A stretch of DNA of 64,000 nucleotides from Octopus sinensis. Its lineage: Eukaryota. Within the stretch, counting starts at the first letter, position 1. The number at the start of each line of letters is the position of its first letter. The stretch lies in contig NC_043001.1 of NCBI RefSeq assembly GCF_006345805.1, positions 80,662,001 to 80,726,000 of the forward strand. Direction: 5' to 3'. Of the stretch, positions 13,196 to 27,411 are shown one piece after another. Below the pieces are notes generated by a model. That model did not search any database. It saw nothing but the letters and a program-made list of their open reading frames with translations, and was not told the origin of the DNA. The translations under genes and the position numbers were made by a program.

Positions 13196-13810
13196 AAAGA
13201 TGCATACGCACATATTTGTGTATGTCTATACAGATGTATATAGAGTCTATTTCTGTGTGAAAGTATGTACATTCTTGCATTAGTGTTGTAAGAGACGTAA
13301 TGCTTCATGTGACATCAGAACATCCTATTCGTCAAACATTGTCTTCAGTGTTCCTATGTATTTCTCCCTTCCCATTTTGTATTCTTTGACGGCAACTACC
13401 ACCTCAGCCATCACCCCTACAGACACTTCCACCTTCCTCAACCACCTCAGCCTATATCTATCACGTCCTGCTCTGCCTCACAGCTATAATCCGTCTCTTT
13501 CTCGCCTTTCTACTAATCATATCATTATGGTAATCTACCAGTTTATTTTCTACACTCATTTATCATTTTGACATGCACACTCGCTTATACTGTCTGTCAT
13601 TCCGTCTCTCTCTATCCCTCTCTCTCCCTTACTCTCTCTTTCTCTCTCTCACTCTCTAAGACCTGTGTGTGTGTATGTGTGTGTCACAGACGCATACGTG
13701 TAAAGCCACATATTTATACATATGCATATCAAATATATGTATGTATATTTACACATATATATATGTGTATGTATATATACATACATATGTATATATACAT
13801 ATATATATAT

Positions 13811-13852
<42 letters not shown>

Positions 13853-14111
13853 ATGTATGTATGTAGTCATATAGTTCTAGATATAATCAACTCAGTGTAT
13901 TTAAATGTTTTCCGCAATAAACATAGACTTCATTTAAATGGCTCCGATAAAGTTATTAATTGCCGCACGTACACTCACCCCTGTGCAAGCTTATTATGGC
14001 ACAAACGGTTGTAGGCTAATGAAAGTCATTACGTAACTCCTGTTCCTTTGTCTCAACTTAATTGATGTTACGTTCTTTATTCTCCTGACGCTTTACTATA
14101 ATACGTAAGCA

Positions 14112-14730
14112 TATTCTTTTCTACTCTAGGCACAAGGTCTGAAATTTTGGGGGAGGGACCCAGTCGATTAGATCGAACCCAGTACGCAACTGGTACTTAA
14201 TTTATCGACCCCGAAAGGATGAAAGCAAAGTCGACTCGGCGGAATTTGAACTCAGAACGGAAAGACAGACGAAATGCCGATAAGCATTTCGCCCGGCGTG
14301 CAAACGTTTCTTATTTCCTTATTGCCCAGAAGGGGCTAAACATAGTGGGACAAACAAGGACAGACAAAGGGATTAAGTCGAATACATCGACCCCAGTGCG
14401 TAACAGGTACTTAATTTATCGACCCCGACAGGACGAAAGGCAAAGTCGACCTGCGCAGAATTTGAACTCAGAACGTAGCAGCAGACGAAATACCTATTTC
14501 TATTTTTTTACTACCCACAAGGGGCTAAACACAGAGAGGACAAGCAAGGACAGACAAACGGATTAAGTTGATTATATCGACCCCAGTGCGTAACTGGTAC
14601 TTATTTAATCGACCTCGAGAGGATGAAAGGCAAAGTCGACCTCGGCGGAATTTGAACTCAGAACGTAGCGGCAGACGAAATACCGCTAAGCTTTTCGTCT
14701 GGCATGCTAACGATTCTGCCAGCTCACCGC
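14112..14730 (-). mobile_element. Cluster of tandem SINE family A copies
   Basis: Repeated tcgaccccgaaaggatgaaaggcaaagtcgacctcggcggaatttgaactcagaac blocks. Confidence 0.85.
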
Positions 14731-14735
14731 CTAAC

Positions 14736-14768
<33 letters not shown>

Positions 14769-14788
14769 TAATAATAATAATAATAATA

Positions 14789-14825
<37 letters not shown>

Positions 14826-14827
<2 letters not shown>

Positions 14828-17800
14828 ATGATAGAGAACCACTTCATAAGCTCTCAAATACAAACCAAAATAAAAACAAATCCAAATTGGCAACTATGTA
14901 ACAAATGAAATAATACAAGAATTAAAACCTGATTTTACTGAGTTAAATGAAATTATTTACGCTTCTGCTAGGGCAATTGAAACCAGCTGTATGCCCCCGA
15001 AAAAACAAAGAAAACCAAACCTGGGAAGAAATCAAACTTGGAGAAGTAAAATTGAAAAAGAGATTGAATTTATGAGAGGGGAAATATCAATATTAAATTA
15101 ACTAATATGTGGAAATGATGTAAGATCCAGAACAAGAAGAAAGATGAAGAGAAAATTTGGATCCTCACCAAGAGAAGAACTGATATCAATAAAAGAAACG
15201 CTGAAACAAAAAGTCCAAGCAAAAGCCCAAAGAATACGAAGATTTGAGAAGAGAAACAAGTTTTACAAGCAAAATAAGCTGTTCACATCCAATGCCAAAA
15301 AATTCTACAGAGAAATAGGGAAGGAGAAAGTAACCGTTAAAGACCCCCCTCCCATGGAAGAAGTTCAAAACTTTTGGAAAAGAATTTGGAGTGACAAGAA
15401 GACGTACAACATAAATGCAGACTGGATTATACAAACTGAAGGATCCTACCAAAATTTACAACAACAAGCATGGGAAGACATCACAATAGCAGACCTAAGA
15501 AAGGCACTCTCGAAGGCCCATAACTGGAAATCCCCCGGTAAAAATAGGGTGCCGAATTTCTGGTTCGCATCGCTCCCATGCGCACACGGTAAGCTAGTTC
15601 AGCTGCTCAATGGAATTATGAGAGACCCAAAGAAAACACCTGAATGGTTAGCAAGTGGTATTACTTACCTACTCCCAAAGAATAACGAAACCAACCATCC
15701 AAAAAACTATCGGCCTATAACCTGTCTATCCACCACGTATAAAATCCTAACATCTATCCTGGCGGAGAAAACATATGCATTCATGGAGAAGAACGATATT
15801 TTCCCCACTGAACAAAAAGGGTGCCGCCGAGGCTCATACGGATGCAAAGATCAACTGCTAATTAATCGTATGATCCTTGAGAACTGTCACAAGCGCAGAA
15901 ATCTCAGCTCCGCATGGATTGACTATAAAAAGGCCTTCGACAGTATACCGCATCCATGGATCTTGAGATCGTTGAACATCTTCAAAATTTCCCCTGTAAT
16001 TTCAAGCTTCCTGAAGCACAATATGTCGTTGTGGAATACGAATCTCCAATTATACCACTCTAATGGAGTACTTGCCCCAGAAAATATAAACATCAACTGT
16101 GGAATTTTTCAAGGTGACTCACTTTCACATTTAATATTCTGCATAGCCCTAATACCCCTTACAAGTGAATTAAACAGAACAGGGTATGGGTATAAAATTG
16201 CCAATAAAAAATAAGCCATCTATTTTATATGGATGATTTAAAACTCTGTGGTAAAGACAATAAAGAACTTGAAGGCCTATTGCGCACTGTGAAAGCATTC
16301 AGCGATGACATCGGGATGGAGTTTGGACTTGAGAAGTGTGCCAAGGCCACTTTCCAGAAAGGGAAAGTGAAGACCACAAATTCAGTGGTGTTAGATGTTG
16401 ACAGTCATAAGAGAGCTTGAACAAACATACAAATATTTAGGGATAAATGAAGGCTCTGGTATTCAGCATGCAAGCATGAAAGAGAAGATTAGGAAGGAAT
16501 GTTATAGGAGAGTTCGTGCAGTCCTGAAATCTGAACTAAATGCACGTAACAAAGTGTTAGCTATAAATTCCTTAGCAGTTCCATTTGTTACTTATAGCTA
16601 CAATGTGTTGAACTGGAATATGAGTGAAGTAAAGAATATAGATAGGAAAATACGCAAGCTGCTGAGTTGTAATATGATGCACCACCCAAAGGCAGACGTA
16701 GATCGCCTTTACCTTCCCAGAGCCCAAGGAGGTCGAGGCCTGATCCAATTTGAACTAGCTTACAAAACAACCACAATTGGACGGGCCAAATATCTTGAAA
16801 TAACGAATGACTGGATGCTAAAGCTCGTGGAAAACCACGAGAGACGAAAGATGGTTCATTCTATCATAAAGGAAAGCAAAAGATTTGCTATTGATCTCGT
16901 GCAGGATACCCAAACTGAACAACCCGAGGGAAGTACGGCAACTATTGTTGCAAAGAAGGTGAAAATAATGGCAACGAAAAAAGCGCACGAGCAATTGGCT
17001 GATAGGTGGGAGGAGAAACCTCTGCACGGCAAATATGTGGCCCGCAGCAAACAAGCTGATGTTGACCAGAAGCAAACCCATCAGTGGCTACGGAGCTCAG
17101 GGCTAAAAGCAGAGAGCGAAGGTTTCATCCTGGCTGCTCGAGATCAAAGCCTATTAACCCGGAACTACCAGGCCAATGTGATGAAAAGTGGAGCAGACCC
17201 AAAATGCCGATTCTGCAACGACATGATTGAAACAGTGGACCACCTAATCTCTGGATATAAAGTCTTAGCACCAGTGGAGTATAAATTAAGACATGACAGA
17301 GTTGGCCAATATCTACACTGGCTAATAAGTCGGCATTACAATATCAAAACTGCCAAGTGGTATAATCACCACCCTGAAGCTGTAACTGAAGGAGAAAATG
17401 TAACGATTGTGTGGGACTTTCCAATACATACAGACCGAACCATCAAAGCCAATAAACCAGATATTGTTGTGAAAGACCAAAACAATAAAGTTTGCTTATT
17501 GATCGACATGAGCATCCCCTGTGATCATAATATCTCGGCGAAAGAGTTTGACAAGCTCAGAAAATATAAAGACCTACTCATTGAAATTGAGAATATGTGG
17601 CATCTCAAGGCGGTTACAATACCAGTGATCGTAGGAGCACTAGGAATGATCAAGAAGGGAACCGAATATTATATGAGAATGATCCCTGGATTACCATCCC
17701 TGCAAGAAGCGCAAAAGATTGTCTTAACTGGTACATCACACGTATTGAGAAGAGCATTGTCAATGTGAGAACTATTACTACCCATGTATTTTAATTTAAC

Positions 17801-17917
17801 TTAAAAAAAAAATGAACGAACTATTGAGTTTAGTTTAATGGCCTACCAATGTATACTAGGAGTCGGGAAGACACTCGGCAAGAAATGGAAGCAAATTTGA
17901 AAGAAGAAAAAAAAAGT
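14826..17917 (+). mobile_element. 5'-truncated R4/Dong-like non-LTR retrotransposon with restriction-like endonuclease, inside (AAT)n
   Basis: RT motifs KNYRPITCL, GIFQGDSLS and YMDDLKL; CRFC..ETVDHLISG; RHD; KPDIVVKD..LIDMSIP..KYKDL. Flanked by (AAT)n at 14736-14825 and 17918-17943. Confidence 0.93.
15144..17768 (+). pseudogene. RT-RLE ORF of the Dong-like element (frameshifted pieces 15144-16214, 16229-16420, 16395-17768)
   Basis: The ORF-track translations carry continuous RT, Zn-knuckle and PD-(D/E)xK motifs. Confidence 0.92.
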
Positions 17918-17943
17918 AATAATAATAATAATAATAATAATAA

Positions 17944-18497
17944 ATGCCCTGATGCAGTACCAGGCAGTGGCTCTCATGGCTTCTGATCTTAACTGATTGG
18001 AAGTGTTATCATGTACATTGTTTTGTCTTGGTATAAAAGATGGGCTACAGCAAATATTCTGCTCAATACCACAGATTTGCTTGTCAGTTGTTTGACCTTA
18101 ACCAGTTGAGCATGTCCCTTAGTGGCTGACGATATGTGCATCTCTGATCACGAGCAGAAGTAGTGGGGGAGCATCATAGCCATGTGTTGAGAGGGATTCT
18201 TTGGGGTTTGAATAGTTCACCTCTGGAAACATGGGTGGTTCTTTCAACATCCTTAAACAACCCTTATTCAGGGACCGTTTGAGCGGGATGGGCTACTCAA
18301 CCTGAAGAAAATTCTAACTGGGCCCCACCTGCAAGGTCATGTGCTGTTTATCTTGATATGAGATCACCATGTCGCGCACATGGTTGTGATACATGTGCCT
18401 GGTGTACCTTTATCAGACGGGTAGTCATGATGGGTATATTGGGCTTCGTATATTTTACCCCAGTGTCACTTTGATGGCATGAACTGCTCTCTCACTC
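17944..18497. mobile_element. ~555-bp non-coding element inserted in (AAT)n, copy 1
   Basis: About 99% identical to 21081-21636 by eye; both copies have (AAT)n on both sides. Confidence 0.9.
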
Positions 18498-18503
18498 AAT
18501 AAT

Positions 18504-18616
<113 letters not shown>

Positions 18617-18638
18617 GATAGCAATAATAATAATAATA

Positions 18639-18700
<62 letters not shown>

Positions 18701-18701
<1 letters not shown>

Positions 18702-19160
18702 TGGGACCTCCCTATTCAACGGACAAGAAATTAGAAAAATAATAGACCGGACAATTACAGATAAGGAAAAGCAAAGTTGCTTTACTTATCGACTCATCAT
18801 GCTTGTCTGATTCCAGGATCGTGAAGCTTGAGAGGACGAAAAAGAAATAATAATACAATCTCTTAAAATTTAAAATAGGAAGAGTCTGGAGCATGAGGAC
18901 AGTAAAGGTCGTGCCTATAATAATTGGTGCGGTTGTAACAGTAAGCAAAGATATAGACAAATGGTTGAAGGAGAATGGAATAGAATGCCCAGTAGACCTC
19001 CTACAGAATGTCTCTTAGAGACAGCAAGGATTATCAGGAGAGTTCTAAGCACTTGGAACACAGCTGGAAACTTGTAGGTACTTAAGGTAACAGATAGTAA
19101 CCCGCTACCCACATAAATCCTACCATAAATAAGACCGAACCTGAATCAAACCAAAATAAT
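18701..19160 (+). mobile_element. 3' fragment of a second RLE-type LINE lineage
   Basis: Frameshifted WDLPIQ..NNRPD...VWSMRTVKVVPIIIGAVVTVSK...ETARIIRRVLST; follows (AAT)n/(GAT)n. Confidence 0.75.
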
Positions 19161-19184
19161 AATAACGATAATGATAATACTAAC

Positions 19185-19860
19185 AATCCTTTCTACTAAA
19201 GGCACAAAACCTGAAATTTTGGTGGAAGGAACTAGTCGATCACGTTCGATCCCCAGTGTTTCACTGGTACTTAATTTATCGACCCCGAAAGATAAAAGAC
19301 ATAGTCGACATCGGCAGAATTTGAACTCAATAATAATCCTTTCTACTCTAGGTACAAGGACCGAAATTTGGGGGGAGGGGGACAGTCGATTAGATCGAAC
19401 CCAGTATGCAGCTGGTACTTAATTTATCGACCCCGTAAGGATGAGAGGCAAAGTCGACGTCGGTGGAATTTGATATAATCAACTTAATCCGTTTGGCTGT
19501 CCTTGTTTGTCCTCTTTGTGTTTAGCCCCTTGTGTGTAGTAAAGAAATAGGTATTTCCGCCATCTTTACGTTCTGTGTTCAAATTCCACCGAGCTCGACT
19601 TTGCCTTTTATCCTTTCGGGGTCGATTAAATAAGTATGACTTAAACACACACTAGGATCGATGTAATCGAGTTAATCCCCTCCCCACAAGTTGCCCTAGT
19701 AGCAAAAAATTTGAAACTCTACTTCTAAGTTCATATTCGCCTTTCATCCTTTCGGTCTCATGAATTAAATACCAGTGTAACACTGGAGTCGATGTAATCG
19801 ACTAGTGCCCACTACCCAAATTTCAAACTTTGTGCCTGTAGTAGAAAGGATTATTATTGT
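19185..19860. mobile_element. Cluster of SINE family A fragments in both orientations
   Basis: gtcgac/catcctttcggggtcga blocks on both strands. Confidence 0.75.
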
Positions 19861-19989
19861 TGTTGTTGTTGTTGTTGTGGTTGTTGTTACTGCTGTTGGT
19901 GGTGATGGTGGTGGTGGTGGTGGTGGTGTTATTATAAGATGTTTACTTCTCAAGCATATGGTTCTGGGCTCAGTCACCTTGGGTTAGTG

Positions 19990-20191
19990 TATATTATATA
20001 GCTTCGGCCCTACCAAAGCCTTGTGAGTGGATTTGGTAGACGGCAACTTAAAGAAATCCGTCGTACATATTCGCGTGTGTGTGTGCGCACGCACATACGC
20101 AAGCGTGCGTGCGTGTGCATGAGTGTCTTTCTCTGTGTGTGTATATCACACACACACACACACACTCACACACACACACTCACACACACAC

Positions 20192-20230
<39 letters not shown>

Positions 20231-20425
20231 GCTTCACAACCGACATTGGTGTGTTTAGGTCCCCGTAACCTAGCGGTTCGGAAAAAGAAACCGATAAAAT
20301 AAGTACCAGGCTTTCCAAAAAGGAACATAAGTACTGGAGTCGATTAGTTCGACTAAAATTCCTCAAGGCGGTGCCCCAGCATGGCCGCAGTCTAATGACT
20401 GAAACAAGTGAAAGATAGATAAAAG
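19990..20425 (+). mobile_element. SINE family B (5' truncated, internal CA repeat)
   Basis: ccaaagccttgtgagtggatttggtagacgg...ggcggtgccccagcatggccgcagtc. Confidence 0.85.
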
Positions 20426-20984
20426 ATATTAATTAATACTTTCGTGTAGGACAGATCCGGACATCGGCTAACTTCATCACGAAAATTGCCCTCGCTGCCT
20501 TCTTTTCCTCGAGAAGAGCAGGCAGTTTTCCTTTGTCTAGTAGCTATGTTGAAAGAGATTGTAAAGATGGACGAAGTTGAAAAGACTGAAGACACACTTT
20601 TCTCTTCTGCCAAACCCTCGTCAACATTTCATATTCCATTTGAAAAGGAAGGTGAAGGTTGAGAATAAACTGGCTGAAAGTTGAGTGAATATGGCAAAGA
20701 TGGCCTGAATGGGCATACTTTAAGATGGCACTTGTGCGCTGAGAGTACAGAGAAGAGAGGAGTGTTTGCATCATACACCATGTAAGTAGGGTGATTAGAG
20801 ATCTACTGAGTTCATTAGTCATCCCCTTTGCGGTGCTCCGCCCTACTGGGGAATTATATCAATATTATTTTATTGTTAATTGTTATTGCTTCTATAGTGT
20901 GTACGTGTCTTATATAAATTCTCATTGTCCTTTGTTTTGGATTATCATTTAGTTTTTGTGTGGCCTTTTAGGCTAATAAAGAAA

Positions 20985-21080
<96 letters not shown>

Positions 21081-21082
<2 letters not shown>

Positions 21083-21636
21083 GCCCTGATGCAGTACCAG
21101 GCAGTGGCTCTCATGGCTTCTGATCTTAACTGATTGGAAGTGTCATCATGTACATTGTTTTGTCTTGGTATAAAAGATGGGCTACAGCAAATATTCTGCT
21201 CAATACCACAGATTTGCTTGTCAGTTGTTTGACCTTAACCAGTTGAGCATGTCCCTTAGTGGCTGACGATATGTGCATCTCTGATCACGAGCAGAAGTAG
21301 TGGGGGAGCATCATAGCCATGTGTTGAGAGGGATTCTTTGGGGTTTGAATAGTTCACCTCTGGAAACATGGGTGGTTCTTTCAACATCCTTAAACAACCC
21401 TTATTCAGGGACCGTGTGAGCGGGATGGGCTACTCAACCTGAAGAAAATTCTAACTGGGCCCCACCTGCAAGGTCATGTGCTGTTTATCTTGATATGAGA
21501 TCACCATGTCGCGCACATATGGTTGTGATGCATGTGCCTGGTGTACCCTTATCAGACGGGTAGTCATGATGGGTATATTGGGCTTCGTATATTTTACCCC
21601 AGTGTCACTTTGATGGCATGCACTGCTCTCTCACTC
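21081..21636. mobile_element. ~555-bp non-coding element inserted in (AAT)n, copy 2
   Basis: Same termini (atgccctgatgcag...ctctctcactc) and same microsatellite phase as copy 1. Confidence 0.9.
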
Positions 21637-21698
<62 letters not shown>

Positions 21699-21728
21699 TG
21701 ATAATAATAATAATAATAATTGTTATTA

Positions 21729-21788
<60 letters not shown>

Positions 21789-21825
21789 TATTATTATTAT
21801 TATTATTATATTATTATTATTAATT

Positions 21826-22225
21826 AGGCGTCGAGCTGGCAGAATCGTTAAGCACGCCGAGTAAAATGCTTAGCGGTATTTCGTCTGCCGCTACGTTCTG
21901 AGTTCAAATTCCGCCGAGGTCGACTTTGCCTTTCATCCTTTCGGGGTCGATTAAATAAGTACCAGTTACGCACTGGGGTCGATGTGATCGACTTAATCCC
22001 TTTGTCTGTCCTTGTTTGTCCTCTCTGTGTTTAGCCCCTTGTGGGTAGTAAAGAAATAGAAATAGGTATTTCGTCTGTCGCTACGTTTTGAGTTCAAATC
22101 CCGCCGAGATTGACTTTGCCTTTCATCCTTTCGGGGTCGATAAATTAAGTACCAGTTGCGTAGTGAAGTCAATCTCATTGACTGGACCGCTCCCCCTAAA
22201 ATTCAGACCTTATGCCTATAGCAGA
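21826..22225 (+). mobile_element. Two tandem SINE family A copies
   Basis: A full copy followed by a 5'-truncated copy. Confidence 0.88.
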
Positions 22226-22668
22226 AAAGATTATTTTTATTCTTTTTATGTTTTAATTTTCTTCCTCGTATTTCCCTTCCCCTCGTTGATGTTTTAGTTT
22301 TTTATTTAATGTCGTTACTACACCCACAACGTCTAATCAATCTCCTGATTCTTCGTTGTATTTTCACACGAACATTACTTACTTATCATTACGTACTTAT
22401 AAACCCACCTGATCGCTAAAACCTGTTTCCTACTTCCACGATCTTCGTTATCTCCCACCGGACTATACTTCAACCGCTACCAACTACTACCACAATCACC
22501 AATCACCACGGCCATTAACCCCACTAGCACCGAGGTCTAGATTTTCTCTACAACAACTATCCGCACACACACACAGTACATTAAAATAGCATGTAAGAGA
22601 GAGAGTATGTGGGAAAGAAAAGGAAAGAGAAAGAAAGAGAGAGAGAGTGGCGTGTGTGTGTGTGTGTG

Positions 22669-22722
<54 letters not shown>

Positions 22723-22799
22723 TGTGGAAAAACGTCTGTTAAGTATTTTTTTCCGTGCATAGATGCTTTTGTGCATTTGTGGATGAGCGTGTGAAGAGA

Positions 22800-23595
22800 C
22801 ATTACTCAAGAGAATGACTCACTGACAGCGGACCCAGGAAGGATAAGTAAGATACTCAGCGAACAATTTAAAAGTAACTTCACTTCCCCTCCTTGGACAC
22901 ATGCAGATAAACAATCCTGCTGAATTCTTTGATATTAAAAACTCTTGAAAAAATAAGCTCCAGCCATCGATTATATTAACATTGAGGAAACATATAACAG
23001 CGGTCATAGGCGAAATGAGCTCATGCGCCGCAGCTGGTACTGATGATTTCCCAGCTATTCTCCTTAAGTCATGTAAACAGGCTTTAGCGAAATCACTTCA
23101 GATACTTTTTTCCAAAGTTTCCTTGCAAGTGGTATACTTCCTAAACAGCTGAAAGAAGGCATTATATGCCCTATCCACAACGGCGGAAGCAGAGCTGAGG
23201 CCAAAAGCTACAGGCCAATCTCTCTGACTCCATATATCAGTAAAGTCATGGAGCGGATCATAAGAGAAGTTTTTAATATTCCTAGGAGAAAATGACCTAC
23301 TGAACAATACACAGCATGGCTTCCGTCCAGGAAGAAGGTGCCTCGCACAGCTCCTCCAATACTATGACTGAGTTTTGAAACAGCTGCTTGACCATTCAGA
23401 TGTTAGCATGATATTCCTTGGCTTCGCAAATTCATTTGATAAGGTAGATCATAGCATATTAAGTCATAAGCTACAAGACATTGACATTGCTGGTTAAGAG
23501 AGAAGTCAGGTTATTGCAGTCAATGGTGCTCTTTCTGACGAAACTCAAATCCTAGATGGGGTCCCCTCGGAAACTGTTCTAGAGACATTATTATT
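22800..23595 (+). mobile_element. CR1-type LINE RT fragment
   Basis: Decayed SGILPKQLKEGIICPIH.GGSRAEAKSYRPISLTP.ISKVMERII, QHGFRPGR and FDKVDH motifs. Confidence 0.85.
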
Positions 23596-23667
23596 CATAT
23601 ATAATTTAAATCACGGTGGTGCTCGCATGACCGCAGCTGCATAGCTGAAACGAGTAAAAGACTAAAT

Positions 23668-23774
<107 letters not shown>

Positions 23775-23775
23775 A

Positions 23776-23811
<36 letters not shown>

Positions 23812-23931
23812 TGTATGTATGTAGGAAGACACACAAATGCACACATACTCGTACATAGACGTACCTTGTCTCTGGACAATGCTCAGATTGTTCTTTTCCC
23901 TGAAGCATGTTAATTCAACTGTGAAATTTTC

Positions 23932-24088
<157 letters not shown>

Positions 24089-24212
24089 TGTCTGTCTGTC
24101 TGTATGTATGTATGTATGTATGTATGCATGTATGTATGCATGTTTATATGTATGTATACACGCACATACATGTGTAAATATGTATATGTATCTATGTATG
24201 TATGTACATACG

Positions 24213-24249
<37 letters not shown>

Positions 24250-24774
24250 TTGCGTGTGTGTGCGTAGGTATATGCACACAAACACTCGCTTCTCTGAAAC
24301 AAAGATCAAATTGTTCTTTTCCCTAAAGCATGCTAACTCGTGTGTAAAATTCTCAATTTATAAATATGTCGGTGTGTACGTGTGTATGTATGTACATATG
24401 TATATACTTTGCTTGTATGTATATATGATATTGTAATTGTACATACACACACGTGTGTATGTGTGCGTGCGTGCATGTGTGCGCACGCGTGTGTATGCTT
24501 GCTTATTAAATAACATATAGAATAAATTCTTGATTTATTGAAATTATCTCCATTTCCAGAGAGAGTAAAACAATAGCCCCGTGGCAATTGGAGCCAACAT
24601 AAAATGGAGAAGGGTGATAAAAAATATCAAGTATGAAGAATGCTTGAAAATTTACTCACCATTTCTGAAAACAGTTTCATTGTCTGAAGGAAAGAAAATA
24701 GTTCTGCACTCGTTTCTGCATTAGTAGACGTCATCATCACAACATGCTCCGTACCTTGACTCTAACAAAACAGG

Positions 24775-25185
24775 TTGTGTGGTAAGAAGCTTGCTTCGCA
24801 ACCACATGGTTCCGGGTTCAGTATCTTCTACTATAGTCTCGGGCTGACGAATTTCTTGTGAGCGGATTTGGAAGACAGAAGCTGAAAGAAGACTGTCGCG
24901 TGTGTGTGTGTGTGTGCATGTGTATGTGTGTATGTGTGTGTGTGTGTCTGTGTATGTGTCTGTGTGTGCGTGTGTGTGTGTGCATGTGTGTGTATGTGTG
25001 TGTCCTCCTCCACCAGTTGATAACCAGTGTTGGTGTGTTTATGTCCTGTAACTTAGTAGTTCGGGAGAAGAAACCGATAGAATAAGTACCAGGCTTTGAA
25101 AAGAAACTTTAAAAAGGTACTGAGTCGTTTCTTTCGACTAAAATTCGTTAGGGTGGAGGCCCAGCATGGCCGCATTCAATAACGG
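24775..25185 (+). mobile_element. SINE family B
   Basis: gtgtggtaagaagcttgctt...caaccacatggttccgggttcag head, internal (TG)n, cagcatggccgca tail. Confidence 0.85.
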
Positions 25186-25671
25186 AAACGAGTGTATGTG
25201 TGTGACTATATATACTCATGGCTGTATATGTATGCAAGTGTAAACATCGGAACATATAAAGCGGTTAATGGGTGAAAGGTTGTATGCAGGCGTGTCCATT
25301 GCTGCACGACGATGAAGTAGCCCCGTATCTGTCTGTGTGTAAATATCAACTGGCTGTGGTCGTGTGTATGCATGTATATCTGTCACGGCGGAAGTTGGAG
25401 CAAAGATGCACCCGAATAATCGACGTCAGATTTAAATATACAGATTGATGTGTAGATGTGTCTGGGCAAGTATACTTGTGGAGATATATGTATTCAAGCC
25501 TATGCTTCTGTAGACGTAAATGTTTTAGTGTGCTTGTGTGAGAGAGTGCGTGTGTGAGGGAGTGCGTATGTACATGACTGCGTGGATGACGGCATGTGCT
25601 ACCATGTGTGTGTCCACTTGTACATACTCAAAGACTATTGTGTGTATATCCATACATATATTTCGCTGTGG

Positions 25672-25710
<39 letters not shown>

Positions 25711-25785
25711 TGTATGTATGTATGTATATGTATAGGGGGAGAGAGAAAGAGGGAGAGAGAATAAACATCTGTTCAGACTAATATG

Positions 25786-25817
<32 letters not shown>

Positions 25818-25820
<3 letters not shown>

Positions 25821-25976
25821 CATGTCTGTGTGGTAAGTAGCTTTCTTACCAACCACATGGTTCCGGGTTCAGTCCCACTGCCTGGCAAGTGTCTTCTACT
25901 ATAGCCACAAGCCGACCAAAGCCTTGTGAGTGCATTTAGTAGACGGAAACTGAAAGAAGCCCGTCGTACATTCATG

Positions 25977-26039
<63 letters not shown>

Positions 26040-26245
26040 GTGTGTGTGCATGTTTGTACCCTCAACATCACTTGACAACCGATGTTGGTGTATTTTCGTC
26101 CCCGAACTTAGCGGTTCGGCAAAAGGGAACGATAGAATAAGCACTAGGCTTACAAAGAATAAGTCCTGGAGTCGATTTGTTCGACTAAAGACGGTGCTCG
26201 AGCATGGCCGCACTCAAATGACTGAAACACATAAAAGAATAGAAG
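25818..26245 (+). mobile_element. SINE family B
   Basis: Near-complete consensus copy. Confidence 0.88.
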
Positions 26246-26252
26246 AATAACA

Positions 26253-26291
<39 letters not shown>

Positions 26292-26293
<2 letters not shown>

Positions 26294-26517
26294 GGAGATG
26301 TACTTGCATAGCAAGTGACCTGATCTGAGATCGTGTACTGAAAGAAAAACAAAAGAAACACACAAAAACCGTTAGATTCACTTCAACATTTAAATTTATG
26401 CCAAAATATTTTCGTCGCTTTGAGACCGCGGCATGGCCGATTTGACAAAATTCCGTACTGCATCTGATGCAGTTTTGCATGTTTTTAAATGACTTATAAA
26501 CACCTTCCACACTGCAA

Positions 26518-26565
<48 letters not shown>

Positions 26566-26992
26566 GAGAGTAGCGAGTTTTTTTAGAAATTTCACAACCA
26601 GTGACCTTGCATGTATAAAAGAGTCAATAGACAACATATTCTCAATATAAAATAGTCTACATTTAAACACAAGAGAAGCTGCCTTAAACACGCTAGAAGA
26701 AGCAGTCAAACGACCAAAACCACATTGAAGAGCAATTTCGAAGGGAGTGAAAAATAAAAATGTTTACCTCATTTTTTACGGTCATACCTAGATTTCGAAT
26801 TTTATTTAGCAAATAAAATAAGTTGCTAGGCGAAATTCTCATCAGTGACCGCGCCATAACATTAACATATAATTTAGAGACAAATCACACGTCGCTCATC
26901 ATTATATATTATAATTCTTCAAATTCACCGCGCAAGCGCAGTTTCAGTCGGCAGCAAATGAAAAAAGCCGAACTAATCTTCTGAAAATATAT
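26292..26992 (-). mobile_element. Non-coding (TA)n-associated element carrying a canonical hammerhead
   Basis: Bounded and interrupted by (TA)n; part of it recurs at 27418-27575. Boundaries are approximate. Confidence 0.6.
26780..26850 (-). ncRNA. Canonical type I hammerhead ribozyme
   Basis: Minus strand: GGTCA-CTGATGA-GAATTT(cgccTAGCAA..TTGCTAaata)AAATTC-GAAA-TCTAGG-TA-TGACC. Confidence 0.88.
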
Positions 26993-26994
26993 AA

Positions 26995-27411
26995 CTTTAC
27001 TTTTACTTTACTTTTACTTTTACTTGTTTCAGTCATTTGACTGCGGCCATGCTGGAGGACCGCCTTTAATCGAGCAACTCGACCCCGGGACTTATTCTTT
27101 GTAAGCCCAGTACTTATTCTATCGGTCTCTTTTGCCGAACCGCTAAGTGACGGGGACATAAACACACCAGCATCGGTTGTCAAGCAATGCTAGGGGGACA
27201 AACACAAACATACACGCGCACAGACATATACATATATATACATATATACGACGGGCTTCTTTCAGTTTCCGTCTACCAAATCCACTCACAAGGCTTTGGT
27301 CAGCCCGAGGCTATAGTAGAAGACACTTGCCCAAGGTGCCACGCAGTGGGACTGAACCCGGTACCATGTGGTTGGTTAGCAAGCTACTTACCACACAGCC
27401 ACTCCTGCGCC
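26995..27411 (-). mobile_element. Full-length young SINE family B (CORE-like)
   Basis: Reverse complement runs from ggcgcaggagtggctgtgtggtaag to gactgaaacaagtaaaagtaaaag. Confidence 0.92.

Noticed and set aside
20440-20850. Coding-looking GC-balanced island
   Set aside because: No frame gives a recognisable domain or a clean exon; probably an unidentified decayed TE.
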